From: Lama glama
Lineage: Eukaryota
DNA length: 64,000 bases
NCBI GenBank assembly: GCA_028534125.1
Contig: CM052847.1
Location: 19,344,001-19,408,000 of the forward strand
Direction of reading: 5' to 3'
Shown: positions 22,691-36,145 of the stretch, piece after piece
Position numbering within the stretch: the first letter of the stretch is position 1
How the letters are laid out: the number at the start of each line of letters is the position of its first letter
Translations under genes and position numbers: made by a program
The notes under the pieces: model-generated
Told to the model about the DNA's origin: nothing
Seen by the model: only the letters and a program-made list of their open reading frames with translations
The model's database searches: none

Positions 22691-25600
22691 CCAGTGGAAG
22701 TCACTCCACAGGAGCACTAAGGGGAGAATGGGGGATGAACGGTGCCATGTACACGAAAGCACTTCGTAAACCACAGCGAACAAGACAAATTTGAGACAGT
22801 TATTGCTCCTGTCACTTGAGAACGCTACCATCATCCGTCCAGGCGCCGGAGTCAGAACCCTCACTCTGGGCTCCTCCTTCCTCTCTTTCTCCGTATCCAA
22901 ATTGTGAGCAGTTTTCTACCACGTTCCCTCCAATGTGCCTTCCCCACTGCTACTGTTAGTTCAGGTCCTCAGCGCCTCTTCTCTGGGCCACTGCGCAGCC
23001 TTCTATAGGGCACCAGACAAGTCAGAGCAGCGTCACTTCAGAAAGATTCCCCTTAAAGCATCAGTGCAGGGTCCAGTCAGGGAATACCCTAGGGTTGGGC
23101 TCTGCCAAGTTCAGAAAAAAATCTCAGTCTCCTTTCTGAGTCAACCATGGGAGTTTCAAGTAAGCTGACAGGATGACCTCATTAGAAATCGTGGGAGCTG
23201 AAGGAGACGGTAGAATGCCAGAGTGCAGATTACAATCTCTTTTTTCAAGATAGCACACACAACCCTGCCTCTAGTCCCACCTGCTCCAGAACCATCCTCC
23301 ACATCACCTTACGTGATCGTCTGGAAACACAAATCTGAGTGTGTGGTTCTCCATCACCCTCCATTGGTCCTCAGAGCACCTGTCGCAGAAGGCGGCCCTT
23401 AGAGCCTGCGGCTTTTGTAGAACCCCTTCTAAGGTGCTGCACAGTAGAGGTGGGGTCCCCCAGTTTCTGGTAAATGCAATAGTTACCCCTAAGGTTATTT
23501 CACATGCTAAGCTTCCACAAAAAGCCCTCTGTTAAGAGGCTAAATCGTGTTGAAAGCCATTATTCTGACATACACAAGTCCAGGTTCCCCAGCACAGCCT
23601 AGAGGCGCTCCATCATCCAGCTCAGTAATTAACCTCACCTTTCCCGTGGGTCCTGAGCACTCGACCTGTCCCCCCACGAGAACTTAACATGCGGTTCCTC
23701 AAGTCACAGCCCATCCCACTTCCGTGCCTTTGCCTGAGAAGCTCCCTTTGCCTGGACACCTCTGCACTCCCGCCACTTTGGTGACCATCTCTTCTTGGTC
23801 TCCAATCCCAGGTTCCCTCTTCTGTGACACTTTTTCTTAGCAGCTAGAAATGGCCACCTGGGCTTTTGGGCTCTACTGGATCCCAGCTAGCCAAGCAACA
23901 TAGAAAGTCTAGAATATTTACTGTCTGGCCCTTTACAGAAAAAGCTTGCTGACTCCTGTCCTGGACCGACTCTGTCTGGATAATCCGAATACTTCTTTTT
24001 GTCCCTGTCTTTATCAGCATGACAGGAGGGGCTTCAAATCTGCTTAACTGCTAACAGGTAAACACGAAAAAAATCAGAAAGAAGCCAGCTTTAGGATGTC
24101 CTCCAAGTGATTGAATGCAGAACTTCAGAATACTTATTGCTGATATCCTTCTAAATTCAACAGACCCCCCATCTTCTGCAGGGGTTTGTAAATCCCAGCA
24201 ATGCCCACGCAGGGAGAGAAGGGGAGCTCAGGCGGCGGAACGGGTCCCTGGAGCACGTGGAGGTGAACCTTGTCCTCCCAACTCTGGAGGCTCGTGTGGA
24301 TCCAGACCAGCTCGGGGTGAGGGGCAGACGCGCTGGCGGACAGAGGGGTTGCTCTGACTTAAGCGGTCCCCAGGAAGGGAACTCCGCGGACAACTAATAG
24401 GACACGGACAGTCCCCTACATGGATGGCCTGTTTAAGAGCGAGAATAACTTGACCATCTGGGTTTCTGCACGGTGTGTTTAAGACGGTGCCACTGCGCTG
24501 GTGTGCAGTTCTATCAAATTGGAACTGGCGAGATGATCACCACAGAGGCACCGGCACTGGGGCAGTCAGTCCGGCTGGACTGCTTTCCTGCAGATCCTTT
24601 AGAGAACAGGTTGGCTCGTCTGTAATGTGGAGCTCAACTACCTAGGAAAAATAACCTAAAAATCAATGGTGGTTGCTTACTCTTAAGTGAAAAAAAAAAT
24701 TTTAACCTAAAGCCTGATTCAAAGCGGGTCTCCACAAGCTAGGAGGGACTGTTCTGTTTTTGTCCTTTTATTTTTATCGTTTATTTTCAGGTTTTAGTTC
24801 AAGTTCCTGCTGTTAACTTGCTGTCTTTGTTCTTCTGTCTGCGCGCCCCTTGTCTCCTTTACGGTTTTACCACGTTTGCAAGTGGCTGGCTAGTGTCTGA
24901 ACTCGAGTTTGTACTGTGAGTAGACTGCATCGCTCTGCAATGTTCTTCAGCTTCTTCACCCAGTGTGTGGCTCTGAGATTCACCCCTGTCGGTGCAGGTA
25001 GCTGTGGTGCGTTCATTTTCACTGCTGTAAAATGTACCACGCTTATTAATCTGTTCTCCTGGTATTAAAGGTTTCCACTTGAGTGAGTATATTTTATTTT
25101 TAAAATATTACAAAATTCAAACTACGACTGATCTGGCTCATGCCTGCTCAGACACAGACTTATGCACAATGTCTGCCAGGTTTCCACCACGTGAGTTATT
25201 TTAATTCTAGGTTCTAAGAGTTTGGAATAAGATAAATATGTGATGGCTACTGAACGGTTTATCCTTTCCTGTCACCCAAGCCCCCACTGGCAGGTTAATT
25301 TCAGTGTGACAGCTGAAGGTGAATGGCGATGGAGTGTTCCTTGTGTGAATGTATGTTCACTGAGCGCAACTCACCTCTGAGTGGTTTCTAGCATTTTCCT
25401 ATACTCATCCGTGGAAACACTTTCACTATAAATAGCATATCATTTGGTTAACAGAAGTTTAATATTACAAGATACTTGACCTTTTGACATGTTCTTACAT
25501 AAAGGTGTAAAAAATAGTTTAAAAAAAGTTTTTGGAGTCATAGCTCTTTCTAATTTAACACAAATATAGACAAAAGAGTAAAAGCTGAGCTCCAAAGTCA

Positions 25601-28565
25601 AAAGGGCGACACTATGACATGAGAAATATTTTGAATATTTTTATTTCTAGAGAACTAAGAACTCATTGTCTACTGTTTCAATATTTTTAAACTGGAGGAA
25701 AGGACTCTTCTGTAGCCACGTGACAAACGCATATTGGGGAAAAAACTAGTTCAAGGAAAACTACTGTGAAATTTCAGCTTCAAACGTCTTAGTGCTTCAG
25801 TTCCTCAAGCCAGAGGATGGGCACATTCCAGCATCACTCACCTTGTGTGGACAGTGAAGATTAGTTGCTGATTAGAGTTAATAAGCATCCAGACTACTAA
25901 ATAATAACCCTGATCAGTAACAGAGATACATGCTGTGAAGCTGATCTTGCAATCCTTTTTGAGAAGATTTAAAAAAAACAACCCTCTTCACTATAATCTC
26001 TCTAAAACCATGTAACAGTGCAAGTCCAGAGTTCGCACCTGCGGGTCAAGGGGACATCTCCACAGCCATCCGCCCTAATAACTCCATCCTGCAGTGAAAG
26101 CGGTCTTGAGCTTAGGGGAGACTTTTTAAGGATAACAGATATTTTGATAAGATAGGCTACTTCTGTAGAAGTGTTAATTAACGGTCATGCTGCTAAAGTT
26201 ATGGATAGTAAGGAATTCTTCATGAAACTGGTGTTTTCTTTTCTGCCTGTGTTAAAATTTGGCTAAAGTGAACAGTGATAAGACTTTTGATTTGATTATG
26301 CTTTGTGTGAGAATTTATTAAAAATTATGATATTTGTTATAACTGGTTACTAGCACGGTCATTCATCAAAGACTACCGTAATAACTCCTATATTTCTAGG
26401 GGAGGAAAAAAGACACTAAGAAAAAAGACATATGGAGAACCTCCTAAGCCAGTGTAGGAACCCCTATTTTTTTTTAATGTTAAGTTACTGGTAAAGGTTC
26501 ACATCCACTACCAATAACCTTATTCTTCATATAAATTGACTCAAAAGTGAATATGACAACTCAGTCTAAAGGGAAACCTGATGTTTTAAAAAATAACTCT
26601 TCATTCTGCCAAATGGATTATATATATAAATGCATATACAGTGACACCTTTTCATTTGTCAAAAAAGGGAAACAACAGGAAATAATATGAGTAATTCAGC
26701 ACAAATTTATCACCACAGTTAGAAGTACAATTTAAAATACATTCCACTGGGGGCAGAATATCTCAGCACAACGTATAGAAAAAGAGGGAACCAGAGGGCA
26801 TCTCTAAGGTATCTTTTCATTTAAAGCATCAGTGATTTCAAGTCCACACCTGACTGTCAACTTATACTTTTAATTTGAAATAATTTCGAACTTACAGACA
26901 AATGGTAGGAGTAGGAGAACTGCCCATAAACAGCCTTTGCCCAGACTCACCAAAGGAACATTGCCCTCCATGCATTAATGCACAACAGCTGTCAGATTCT
27001 TTTAATTACATGTAAGAAATAAAACGGATCCATGTTAATGTCCCTCTTTAAAAAATACTTCATGAATGTGGAGAAGACACTATAAAGTCCGTTCCAATTT
27101 TCCTTCATGAATGACACCCATAAATCACCCACACTCCCAACATTTTCCAGAGCAGTAATGAGAACAACATGCTTAACACGTCTCCAACAAAACCGAGACA
27201 AGGCACTGAGGTCTGAACACACCACAGGGATTTTTAGGGGTTAGTTCTAAGCTACCATAAATATTGACTTAGAATAAAGTATCTTTTTAACTAGAATAAT
27301 GCATGTCTTTAAAGAAACACCACAGTCTGAAGAACTCATGGACATGAGGGAAAAAAGGAAATGCTCTGCACAGGCGGGGCAGCTTTCTCCCTCATTAACT
27401 GTGCAGGTGCGCGCAACTTTAAGATTCAGCGGCATGACCTCAAGCAAAAATGTACTTGTGCTTCTGAACTTTAGGAGGACAATTAAATGCTATCTGCATA
27501 TATTTCAACAAGAATTAAATGTATTCAAAGCTAGATTTCCTGTAATATTTTTGAAATATACATGCCAAAATTAATTTCTAGCAACGATGACACAAACTTG
27601 CGTATTGTCTTCTTAATGTGTCCTAATGTTTTATAACACATATGAAAGGATTCATTTAAAATGCACTTTTTTTTTCAAAAAACACTTTTCCACATTTGGT
27701 ATATTTATTGTAACCAGTTCCCTGAAGTGACTCAATACTATGTACCTTCATTCATTCACTCCTTACTCATCCACTCGTTCATTCACCTATTGAGTGCCTT
27801 CTGAATACCGCTGCAGCAAGCCCCATGGTAGACCCCGGGAACGTGAAGTCAAGTAAGACATGCTCTCCTGTCCTTAAGCATCAACCACAGCCCGTGGCCA
27901 TCAGTTCAGGTGCTGGAAAGGGATCGGTACAAGGTACATCCATAGCCACTTCCGGGGACGTGATGACAGAAATCACAGCGTCAACTAGAGAGGAAACTGG
28001 ATGGAGACGACACCTGGCATCTGGGACCAGTGCCACCGTTCCGCCCAGCACAGCCTGGTACCTGCTTGGACCTAAGTTCTCTCATCTGCAAAATCCAGTA
28101 TTGACATCCGACACCTGCTTCTAAGAAGCGAAGGTTGTTCTTCTTAGGGCCATCTCTACATGCATAGGATGATCTACAGGGCAGGACAGAGCTGCTTCCG
28201 CCCCTAAAGTTCTCACTGACCACAAGCCACGGTGCCTGGCATTCTGACCACTCGATTGCTGCTTGGACAAGGGCAGTATCTTTAAAATGCTGCTGCCAAA
28301 GTATTTTTCAGACGGTACAGCTAGCAAATGAACGATTCTACCCTCCTTTTTGAGGTAAGGAAACTCTGAGTAAATGGAACTTCAGTGAAGTAATCTGATG
28401 GAATGCTGAGGATGGAGAGGGCTTGGAACACAGGGTACCACCAGGAGGGTCAGGCGCAGGTGGGATGCTGCTGTGAGGGGGGGTCTGGGACAGCTGGAGA
28501 AGGACAGGCAGACAGTGGACGCCTGGGAAAGTCAGAAGAGCAGCAATAGAGACAACTTATTTCAT

Positions 28566-28742
28566 ATAAACAAGGCCCTACTGTCTAGCACAGGGAACTG
28601 TATTTGATACCTTGTAACCTGCAATGAAAAAGAACATGAAAACGAGTATCTGTATGTATACCCATGACTGAAACATTATGCTGCTCACCAGAAATTGACA
28701 CAGCACTGTAAACTGACTATACTTCAATTAAAAAAAAGAAGA
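28566..28742 (+). mobile_element. Short LINE-1 3' terminal fragment
   Basis: aacaaggccctactgtctagcacagggaactg...aactgactatacttcaattaaaaaaa, homologous to 8120-8290 in this window. Confidence 0.85.
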
Positions 28743-30062
28743 AACATTCAACATTTTATCACTTAGTTCCAAATGAGGCCAAAAACATTTTTGCATTGAA
28801 TCTACATCCCCTCATAAAATATGTTTAATACTGTCCTGTCTATAAGATGACTGAAATCAGACCCTTAAAACACAACTCAACATGTAGAGGGGGTAAGTAT
28901 TTTTTAAGTAAACTTATTTATTTAAAAAAAATGAAATTACTAGCAAAGACAAGACAATTAGGCAATGACAATTCACACAGCACAACTGATCAATAACACA
29001 AATTAACAGCAGAGTGAGGATGATGTGTTTTAAATACCTAGATACACACTGACCTGCGAAAAAGCACTGTTTCACGAACATTCTGCACAATAAAAAACTA
29101 AAATGCTATATAAGCAAGCCAACCTGAAATGACACCTAGCATTATAAATGGCCTAATCTATATGTTAATACCGTTGTATCACATAACTGCAGCAAGACCA
29201 AGATAACAATATGACTTTGGGGTTTCTATGACTACATCGTGGGGGAACGTGCCGCAGAGGGCCGGCTGCTGACATCGCACAAGCCCTGTGAGTGCTGCTT
29301 TTTAGTTATTTATGATATGATTTATGATAACGACAACATCTCCTATTTTCTCTCCTCCTCAGATACAATAAATTGCTATCGTTAATCACCCTTCTCGGTG
29401 CAGCTATGATTACAATAACATAATAGGGCCAAGCTACGGTAATAGTGTGGATTTTTTTTTTTAAGAAATAAATACAAGGAGATCTCTTCAGACAATGTCA
29501 ATATCTTTAATATTTTAATCATCTTCCTTTAAGTCTTTCAGAATAAATTCTATTACAACCAAGACTCTATACCCAGGATGTAAGCCCTTCGTGCAAATCA
29601 TCTTCATGATCCAGCGCCAGACATTCACAAACCACCACTCCTGTGATTTTCCGAAACTGACCACAACAGTAAGACTACGCATACGACATGCTTTCTTTTT
29701 CCCAGACAACGGCGGTTGTGCCCTCCTGCACTGATGAGACTAAACTTACTGCTGTTCTTCCCTCCCCAGAACTAGACAAACTAGGCAGATCAGTCATTTG
29801 TCTACAGACGGCAAAACAGCAGAGAAAGAAGAAAAACTTTGCCATCACGCAGACACGTGCAATCTGCCTTTGCCCCTTGCTGGCTAGGCAGTTGCTTCAT
29901 CTCCCTGAACTTCAGTTTCCTTTCATGACAATTTGCATTAACAGCTAGTTAAGTGCTACCTCTTTGGCTTTTGAGTAACAGTAAGAAAAAGTAGGTGAAG
30001 AATTCAGCAAAATGCTTAATAAATGAGTCAGAGCATTAAAAAAAAAAAGGAGGATTTTTTTT

Positions 30063-30608
30063 TCCCTTCCTGCATCTATGCCCTTTTGATTGGCTACTGC
30101 AGATCTTGGCAAGAGGTGGTGCCTACTAGATGTGGGAGGTCATGTGACTTGCTTTGGCAAATATGACATAAGCAGAGGACTGAGGGGGAGGGTAGAACTC
30201 AGTGGCAGAGCACGTGCTTAGCACGCGTGAGATCCTGGATTCAATCCCCAGCCCTCCATTAAAAAATAAAATAAAAAAAGCAGAGGACTGAAGACTACCT
30301 GCGTGCTGGAGCTTACCCCACTGCTGCTCTTGGGAGACTTGCAACCACCCCGGTGTCAGTGAGCCCAGGCTAGCCTGCTGGCTGGTGAGAAGTGCCCGGC
30401 TCAGAGCCCCAGTCAAACTGTCAGACGTATGAGTGAGGCCACTGATCACCAGCTGACTGCAAATGTACAACCAAGCCCCGCCAAATCCAGCAAAAGAACT
30501 GCATGGCCGAGCCAGCCCCAAGTGCCAAGCCCCAGGACTGTGAGCGAGTCAACGGTTGCTGTTCAAGCCACTGAACTTTGGGGTGGATTGCTACACAGTC
30601 ACATGTTA
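30063..30608 (+). mobile_element. MLT1 (MaLR) LTR interrupted by a SINE
   Basis: catgtgacttgctttggc...cccaggctagcctgctgg...ccagctgactgca...aagccactgaactttggggtggattgctacacag. Confidence 0.75.
30184..30277 (+). mobile_element. tRNA-derived SINE (Vic-1-like) nested in an MLT1 LTR
   Basis: SINE head plus A-rich tail. 14-bp TSD aagcagaggactga at 30170-30183 and 30278-30291. Confidence 0.9.
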
Positions 30609-30626
30609 ACCATGTATTCACATGTA

Positions 30627-31223
30627 CATGTACTGTGGATTCGTGTTGTCTGTGGGGATTATGTTGTCAAGGTGCTGTGAACACTGAATTAGTAGAAACT
30701 GAACCACGGCTCCCAGAGGAAATACGAGGTTAGGTTCCTATGAGGTTCTGGTCACAATATTTTTGTCAGTAGACCAATGCACACTTTAAACTTTCTATTT
30801 AAAGACACCTCACTTAATAGATAATTGATTCATTAACCGTGAGTGCACAGTCCAGTGATCGTGCCTGCGCAGAGCTGATCTGTCGTCTCCATAAGGCACA
30901 TCGCAGCCTTCTCAGCCTTAGGGACACCAGCCGGTGTCATGCTGGGTGTCGCTTCAAATAGCAACATCACTGACAAAAAGCAAAAACTGTGAAAAGCTTG
31001 ATGACATATAGACCATGAAAGTATGCTCGTGGACAGTGTGAGCTGAAACAAGAAGGCAGAGTGTCGCCTTATTTAGACTCAGCTAGAAATTTTGTGCCCC
31101 TCTGCATCTGCCGGGGAATGACTGGGAAGGCACCACAGGCACTGATTTGGGAGTTATAAGTACAGGCTAGCCGGCAGGCGATGTCACAGACATGGAACCC
31201 GCACGTAATGAGGGTCAGCTACG
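30627..31223 (-). mobile_element. MER82-like (TcMar-Tigger) DNA transposon relic
   Basis: gagctgaaacaagaaggcagagtgtcgcctt and related segments match the recalled MER82 consensus in reverse. Confidence 0.75.
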
Positions 31224-32043
31224 TATAATTAGATGCATAGAAGCTTACCAACATCGAATATTTTTATGGACTACTGATTTCAAAGAAAAGATGTGACTTG
31301 AAAAGTAATTCCAGTCCTCAAAAGGTATTTAATAAGAAGATTAAAAGTGCCTTAATAACTGTAAGTTTGCCACCATACCCAGCAAGACATTATTCCAAAT
31401 CTAAACTGGGACGTATTTCAGTTTAAATTCAGAGAACCAGCAATGGGCAGAACTTTCTGCTCAACTACATGGTCCTTCTCTGCATTTCTGGAACGTACCA
31501 GGTTCTTTCCCTTCTCGGGTTTTTTACACCCACATATTCCACTCCTCTCAGCTAGGAACACACACTTCCCTTTGTTAACTTCATGCTTGTCTCTTACCCT
31601 TTACGCCTTAAGCTTAAGCACTGCCTTCTCACAGAAGCGTCCTCTGGTCACTCCCTACCTCTAAAATAAGGAGTTAGAATTTCTAACTGTTTGATTGTTA
31701 GCGCATTTTAAAAGTCTATTTCCCCAACTAAGCTTCACTAAGACAGCAAGCATGTTTGCCTTTAGCTGCGAAGCAATCATCACAGGTCGATACACAATGT
31801 TTTCTTCAGCAGTACTACTACTGGAAAAAGAAAGAAACTATTTTACCATATTTCTGTGATTCTAAGTTGTTAAAATGTGAAAAAAAAGTGTACATCTCTG
31901 AAGTTGTGATTTTTAAAATAATCAATAGCTTCTTCTTGTCTCTGCTGGACAAGTGACAGCAGGGGAGCAGTCACAGCCGGCCTGGGGGTGAACTTCATCA
32001 TCATTCCTGGTAGCGTGGATGGACAGAAACCATTTAGAAATTT

Positions 32044-32185
32044 GGGGGTGGGGGTACAGCTCAGGGGTAGAGTGCACTGCACGCCTAGCATGCATGAGTC
32101 CTGGGTTCAATCCCCAGGACCGCCATTTAAAACATAAAGAAGTAAAAAACCTGACTACCTCCCCCACTAAAAAAAAAAAATTGAA
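32044..32185 (+). mobile_element. tRNA-derived SINE (Vic-1-like, extended-tail type)
   Basis: gggggtacagctcaggggtagag...ctgggttcaatcccc followed by aacctgactacctccccc and poly(A). Confidence 0.85.
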
Positions 32186-33455
32186 GAAGAAATATTTGTT
32201 CTGTGCAGTTAAAAAGAAGCATCTTGTACAATAAGAAAGAATTGTTCCCTCGACTACCGGGCAGCACGGCCTTCCCCTTAGTGGTACGTAAAAGAATGGC
32301 GCCTCTTATGACTGATGGCGCCTTAGGATCAATGGGATATGACAGCGCTTCCAAATAACTGCTAAACGCTTACTGCGCTCCTTCTCTGCAGTACAGAGGA
32401 CCTGCTTGAGTTATTAAAGCAACACTAGACTGGACACACCTAAGATCCAAGGGTCCACATGGTCTTCTGCACAAGCACCTGAGGGAGGAGCGAGCCGGGG
32501 GGCAAGGCCGGGCAGCGGGAACAGGAGGGGAGGGAAGGCGGACTGGCTGGAGGCGACAGTGGGCGGCGGAGCAGGACCGGAGCAGCCACAGTCGAGCCTT
32601 CCGGGGTCTGAGCTCAAGAGGGAGCTTGATCAGAAGAAAGCAAAAGCCCGAGGAAGGCAGGAGAAGACGGCTGCGGGGAGGTCTCAGAATGCTCAGCGTG
32701 CAGATGAACAAGAGAAACGATTTGATGAGGCGAACAAAAGAACCAGAAAATCACAGTTCGTTATTCCACGCATGCGGAAGAAAAGCAACAGTCACACGAA
32801 ACTTAAATAGACTGGCTGGACTGAAAACCACCACACCCAACAGGAAACCAGTTATCATGTGAAGCGACAGACACAGAAAAGGCCACTGAGCACGCGTGAT
32901 CAGCATCGTTCGCCCACTTTTCCACGGTGAAGCAGACAGACGCGTGTCAGAGGCCAACGTGCTTAAGGAAAGGCTGTTTATCTTTGAGATAACACCTTAT
33001 TCCATTTTGCAGTTTACTGCCCTAAAAATAAAAATAAGGTAAAAAAAATCACAACTGCAAGGCGGGTGCGGGGGGTCCACAGAAGCCATGAATGCATGAT
33101 GAGACCCACCCCCTCCAGAAAGATTACAGCTGCATTCACGCTGTTGGATGCTACATCTTCCTACTGCACAGACCCCGATGGGGAGAGCAGATACACTTTT
33201 AGCCAGACCTTCATTCTAACGCAAGACTGTCCCCGCGCTCTAAATGACCTTGACAAAATTCGGGAAAAAATACCTCAAGACCCAGGGCTCTCAAGCTATT
33301 TTAGAATTAGCTCTGAATAATTGTCCCACAATATGAGTTTCTTGATTAATTGCTTAAGATAAGGCCTCCTTTCCGTGGCTGGCCTCCAGTGGCTCCCTCT
33401 AGTTCCCATAATCACTTCTGTCTCATTCTTCTAAACCCTGGAAGGCTAAGAGAAA

Positions 33456-33595
33456 NNNNNNNNNNNNNNNNNNNNNNNNNNNNNNNNNNNNNNNNNNNNN
33501 NNNNNNNNNNNNNNNNNNNNNNNNNNNNNNNNNNNNNNNNNNNNNNNNNNNNNNNNNNNNNNNNNNNNNNNNNNNNNNNNNNNNNNNNNNNNNNN
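33456..33595. other. Assembly gap (N run)
   Basis: Run of N. Confidence 0.99.
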
Positions 33596-34334
33596 TCCTG
33601 CTTTGTGCCCGGCAAGTTGTGAATGTCATGTTCTGTAACACTGCACATCTATGTTTGGGTCACATGAGAAAACGACTAGTAACTTCTACTGCATTTCATT
33701 TCTCTTTGATTTCCTTTCCTACATGAAAAGTAAAAGCCAAAACAAGAATAATTAGTCTGCTGAAGGTCTTACTGACTAACTAGAAAATTAGGACTCTATT
33801 TTTGACCAGATTTATGTCTTGCAAGAGTCAAACTTCCACATAATTTAGACAGAAAGTTGGCAGGGGATGGTGGTTCCATCTAATTTCAGCAAAATTAGTA
33901 TTCAGCCACCTGAAGTTTTGGCAGTATTCCAGTATGTTTATCCAAAGCAGTAAATAGACAGAAAATAAAAGAAAATTAACAATCATGCCTAAATAAGTTA
34001 GTTTCCCTCTTCACCTCCTCTCTTCTCTCTCTTTCACATGAACATCCAAAAAAAAATGCGTGAATAATTTTTAAAATCTATTTCTTGAGTGTATTCATGG
34101 TTTTGTATTCTCTCCTTAATATCAATTGCAGATAGAACAAGAAAACCCACCCCATTTTCAAAGTACAAAGAATCCTAGAACTTACAGTAAGCTGACTCAG
34201 ACATAGTCTACAGAGGGGTAATATTTTTTTTAATTACTTACCCTCCAAGTAAAGCAAATCAGTTACCTCAATTCTTGACTACCTTTGCTAACAGACAGAA
34301 ATGACAGAGACAGGGATTCCGAATTTACTAGAAA

Positions 34335-34487
34335 TTGGGGGGAGGGTACAGCTCAAGTGCTAGAGCACGTACTCAGCGTGCATGAGGTCCTGGGCTCCAT
34401 CCCCAATACCGCCGTTAAATAAATAAATAAGCCTAATTACCTCCCTCCCCCCTGCAAAAAGTAGTAATAAAATAAATAAAACTTTCA
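34335..34487 (+). mobile_element. tRNA-derived SINE (Vic-1-like, extended-tail type)
   Basis: SINE head and gcctaattacctccctcccc tail. 13-bp TSD aatttactagaaa at 34322-34334 and 34488-34500. Confidence 0.9.
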
Positions 34488-35017
34488 AATTTACTAGAAA
34501 CTGCTTCCTAATGGAAAGCTGGAAACCCACAGCACTGGTTTTCCTTACCTTCAGCTCCTCCGAGAACTCCGGTTGGCATCAGAAACAAAGCCAAGGGGCA
34601 CAGATCGTGCATTTCATACTTACTGAGCACCTATCATCTGCAACCTTTGAGCTCAGAGAAAATTGGAAAGTACTTATTCTTCGTGGCCACATTAAGTTTG
34701 TGTCTGGCAGTGTCCAAGTTTGGCGGCTCCCACATCCCCTGCCCCAGCAGCTAGCGTGGCATTGGCAGGGGCAGTGGAGAGTGGAGTGAGGTTTTTGGAA
34801 GCACGTGGAAAAGGTTGGCCAAAGGGAGCCTTCCATTCAGGCATGTTTGTTGTGCACCTACTGTGTGCTGGGCACCAGGTGCCAAGGGCTCCAGTAAAAG
34901 ACCCTCAAAATGCTCACCCACGGGAAAGTCAAAAATTGAGAAACAAACATATCATTTAAAATGAGGTAGTCTGCAGTAATAATAATAATAAACAGACATC
35001 TCAGAAACCAATAGTAA

Positions 35018-35526
35018 GAGCGGCACCATCTGACAGAAATAGGGTGTGAGCCACACAACAGAATTTAAAATTATTCAGTAGCCACATTTAATGTTAAAAA
35101 GAACAGGTGAAAACTATCTTTAGTAATTATTTTATTTAACTCAATATATCAAAAATATTATTCCAATAGCTGATCAGTGTGAAAATAATTATTAATGAAG
35201 CATTTCAGTTTGGTTTTGTACCAGGCTTTCAAAATCAGGTGTATTTCACAACTACTGCCCATATCAATTCAGAGGCTAAATTTTCATCAGAAATACTTGA
35301 TCTGAATGTGGACTGCATAAAATTTACAGTTGAAAAAGTAGATCCACGTGCCTGAGTTGTTCCAAACTTCCTTAGAAAACTTCCGATAATGGGTAAAAAG
35401 GATCAGTTTTTAAATTTAAATTAAGTGAAACTACATAAAATAACGAATTCAGGCCCTCAGCCAGAGGAGGCACATCCCAGGACTCCACGGACCCCGGGCT
35501 GGTGACCATGTGCTGGGTGTGCGGGT
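35018..35526 (+). mobile_element. Charlie1b/MER33-family (hAT-Charlie) relic, about 500 bp
   Basis: gtgagccacac...cagtagccacattt...aaattttcatcagaaatacttgatctg...gttgaaaaagtagat match the recalled consensus. Confidence 0.75.
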
Positions 35527-35914
35527 CTAGAACTCCATCGGGACAAGTCAGGCTGGAGACCAGGCGTGTTTGAGGGACAGACCCAGAGGTAATGGAGGAG
35601 CAGGAAGAAAAAGACTGACTGTGTGACCAACGGTGTGTGATTAAGAGAAACAGCTGCAGGCAGATCAGAGTCTACACAGAAAGGGGAAAATCCAAGGAGG
35701 AGTGAACACTTGCTAACAGCCTACGGTGGGTGACGCACTCACCATGAGGTGCTGTGGGCAGAGTTACCCAGAAACTTGCTGCTCCAGAACACATTCCGTG
35801 GTCCCCTGAGGAGCAGTGCACTCGGTTCCACACAGATCAGATTTTTAAGTCCCCTACTCGGGTGCCCACTTCTCAAATTAGCTGACTTTGCCCCAGTCCT
35901 TGGCCAGTTGCTAG

Positions 35915-36145
35915 AAAGCAGTGGTGAAGGGCGGGGGCTTGGGAGGCAGACGCCTCGACTTCCAGTCCCGCCTTCACCACCTGCTAGCTGTGTGAACTTG
36001 GGGAGGTCTCCCGGCCGCATCTGTAAAACGGGGATGATGCCATTAACACCTATCTCACAGGGTTGGTGCGAGGACACAGCTCAGGTCACCACAGCACCTG
36101 GTGTGGCACCTGGTACAAAGGGTCCAATAAAAGGCAGCTGGTATA
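35915..36145 (+). mobile_element. MIR SINE
   Basis: cacctgctagctgtgtgaacttggg...catctgtaaaacggggatgatg...cctatctcacagggttggtgcgagga. Confidence 0.75.
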
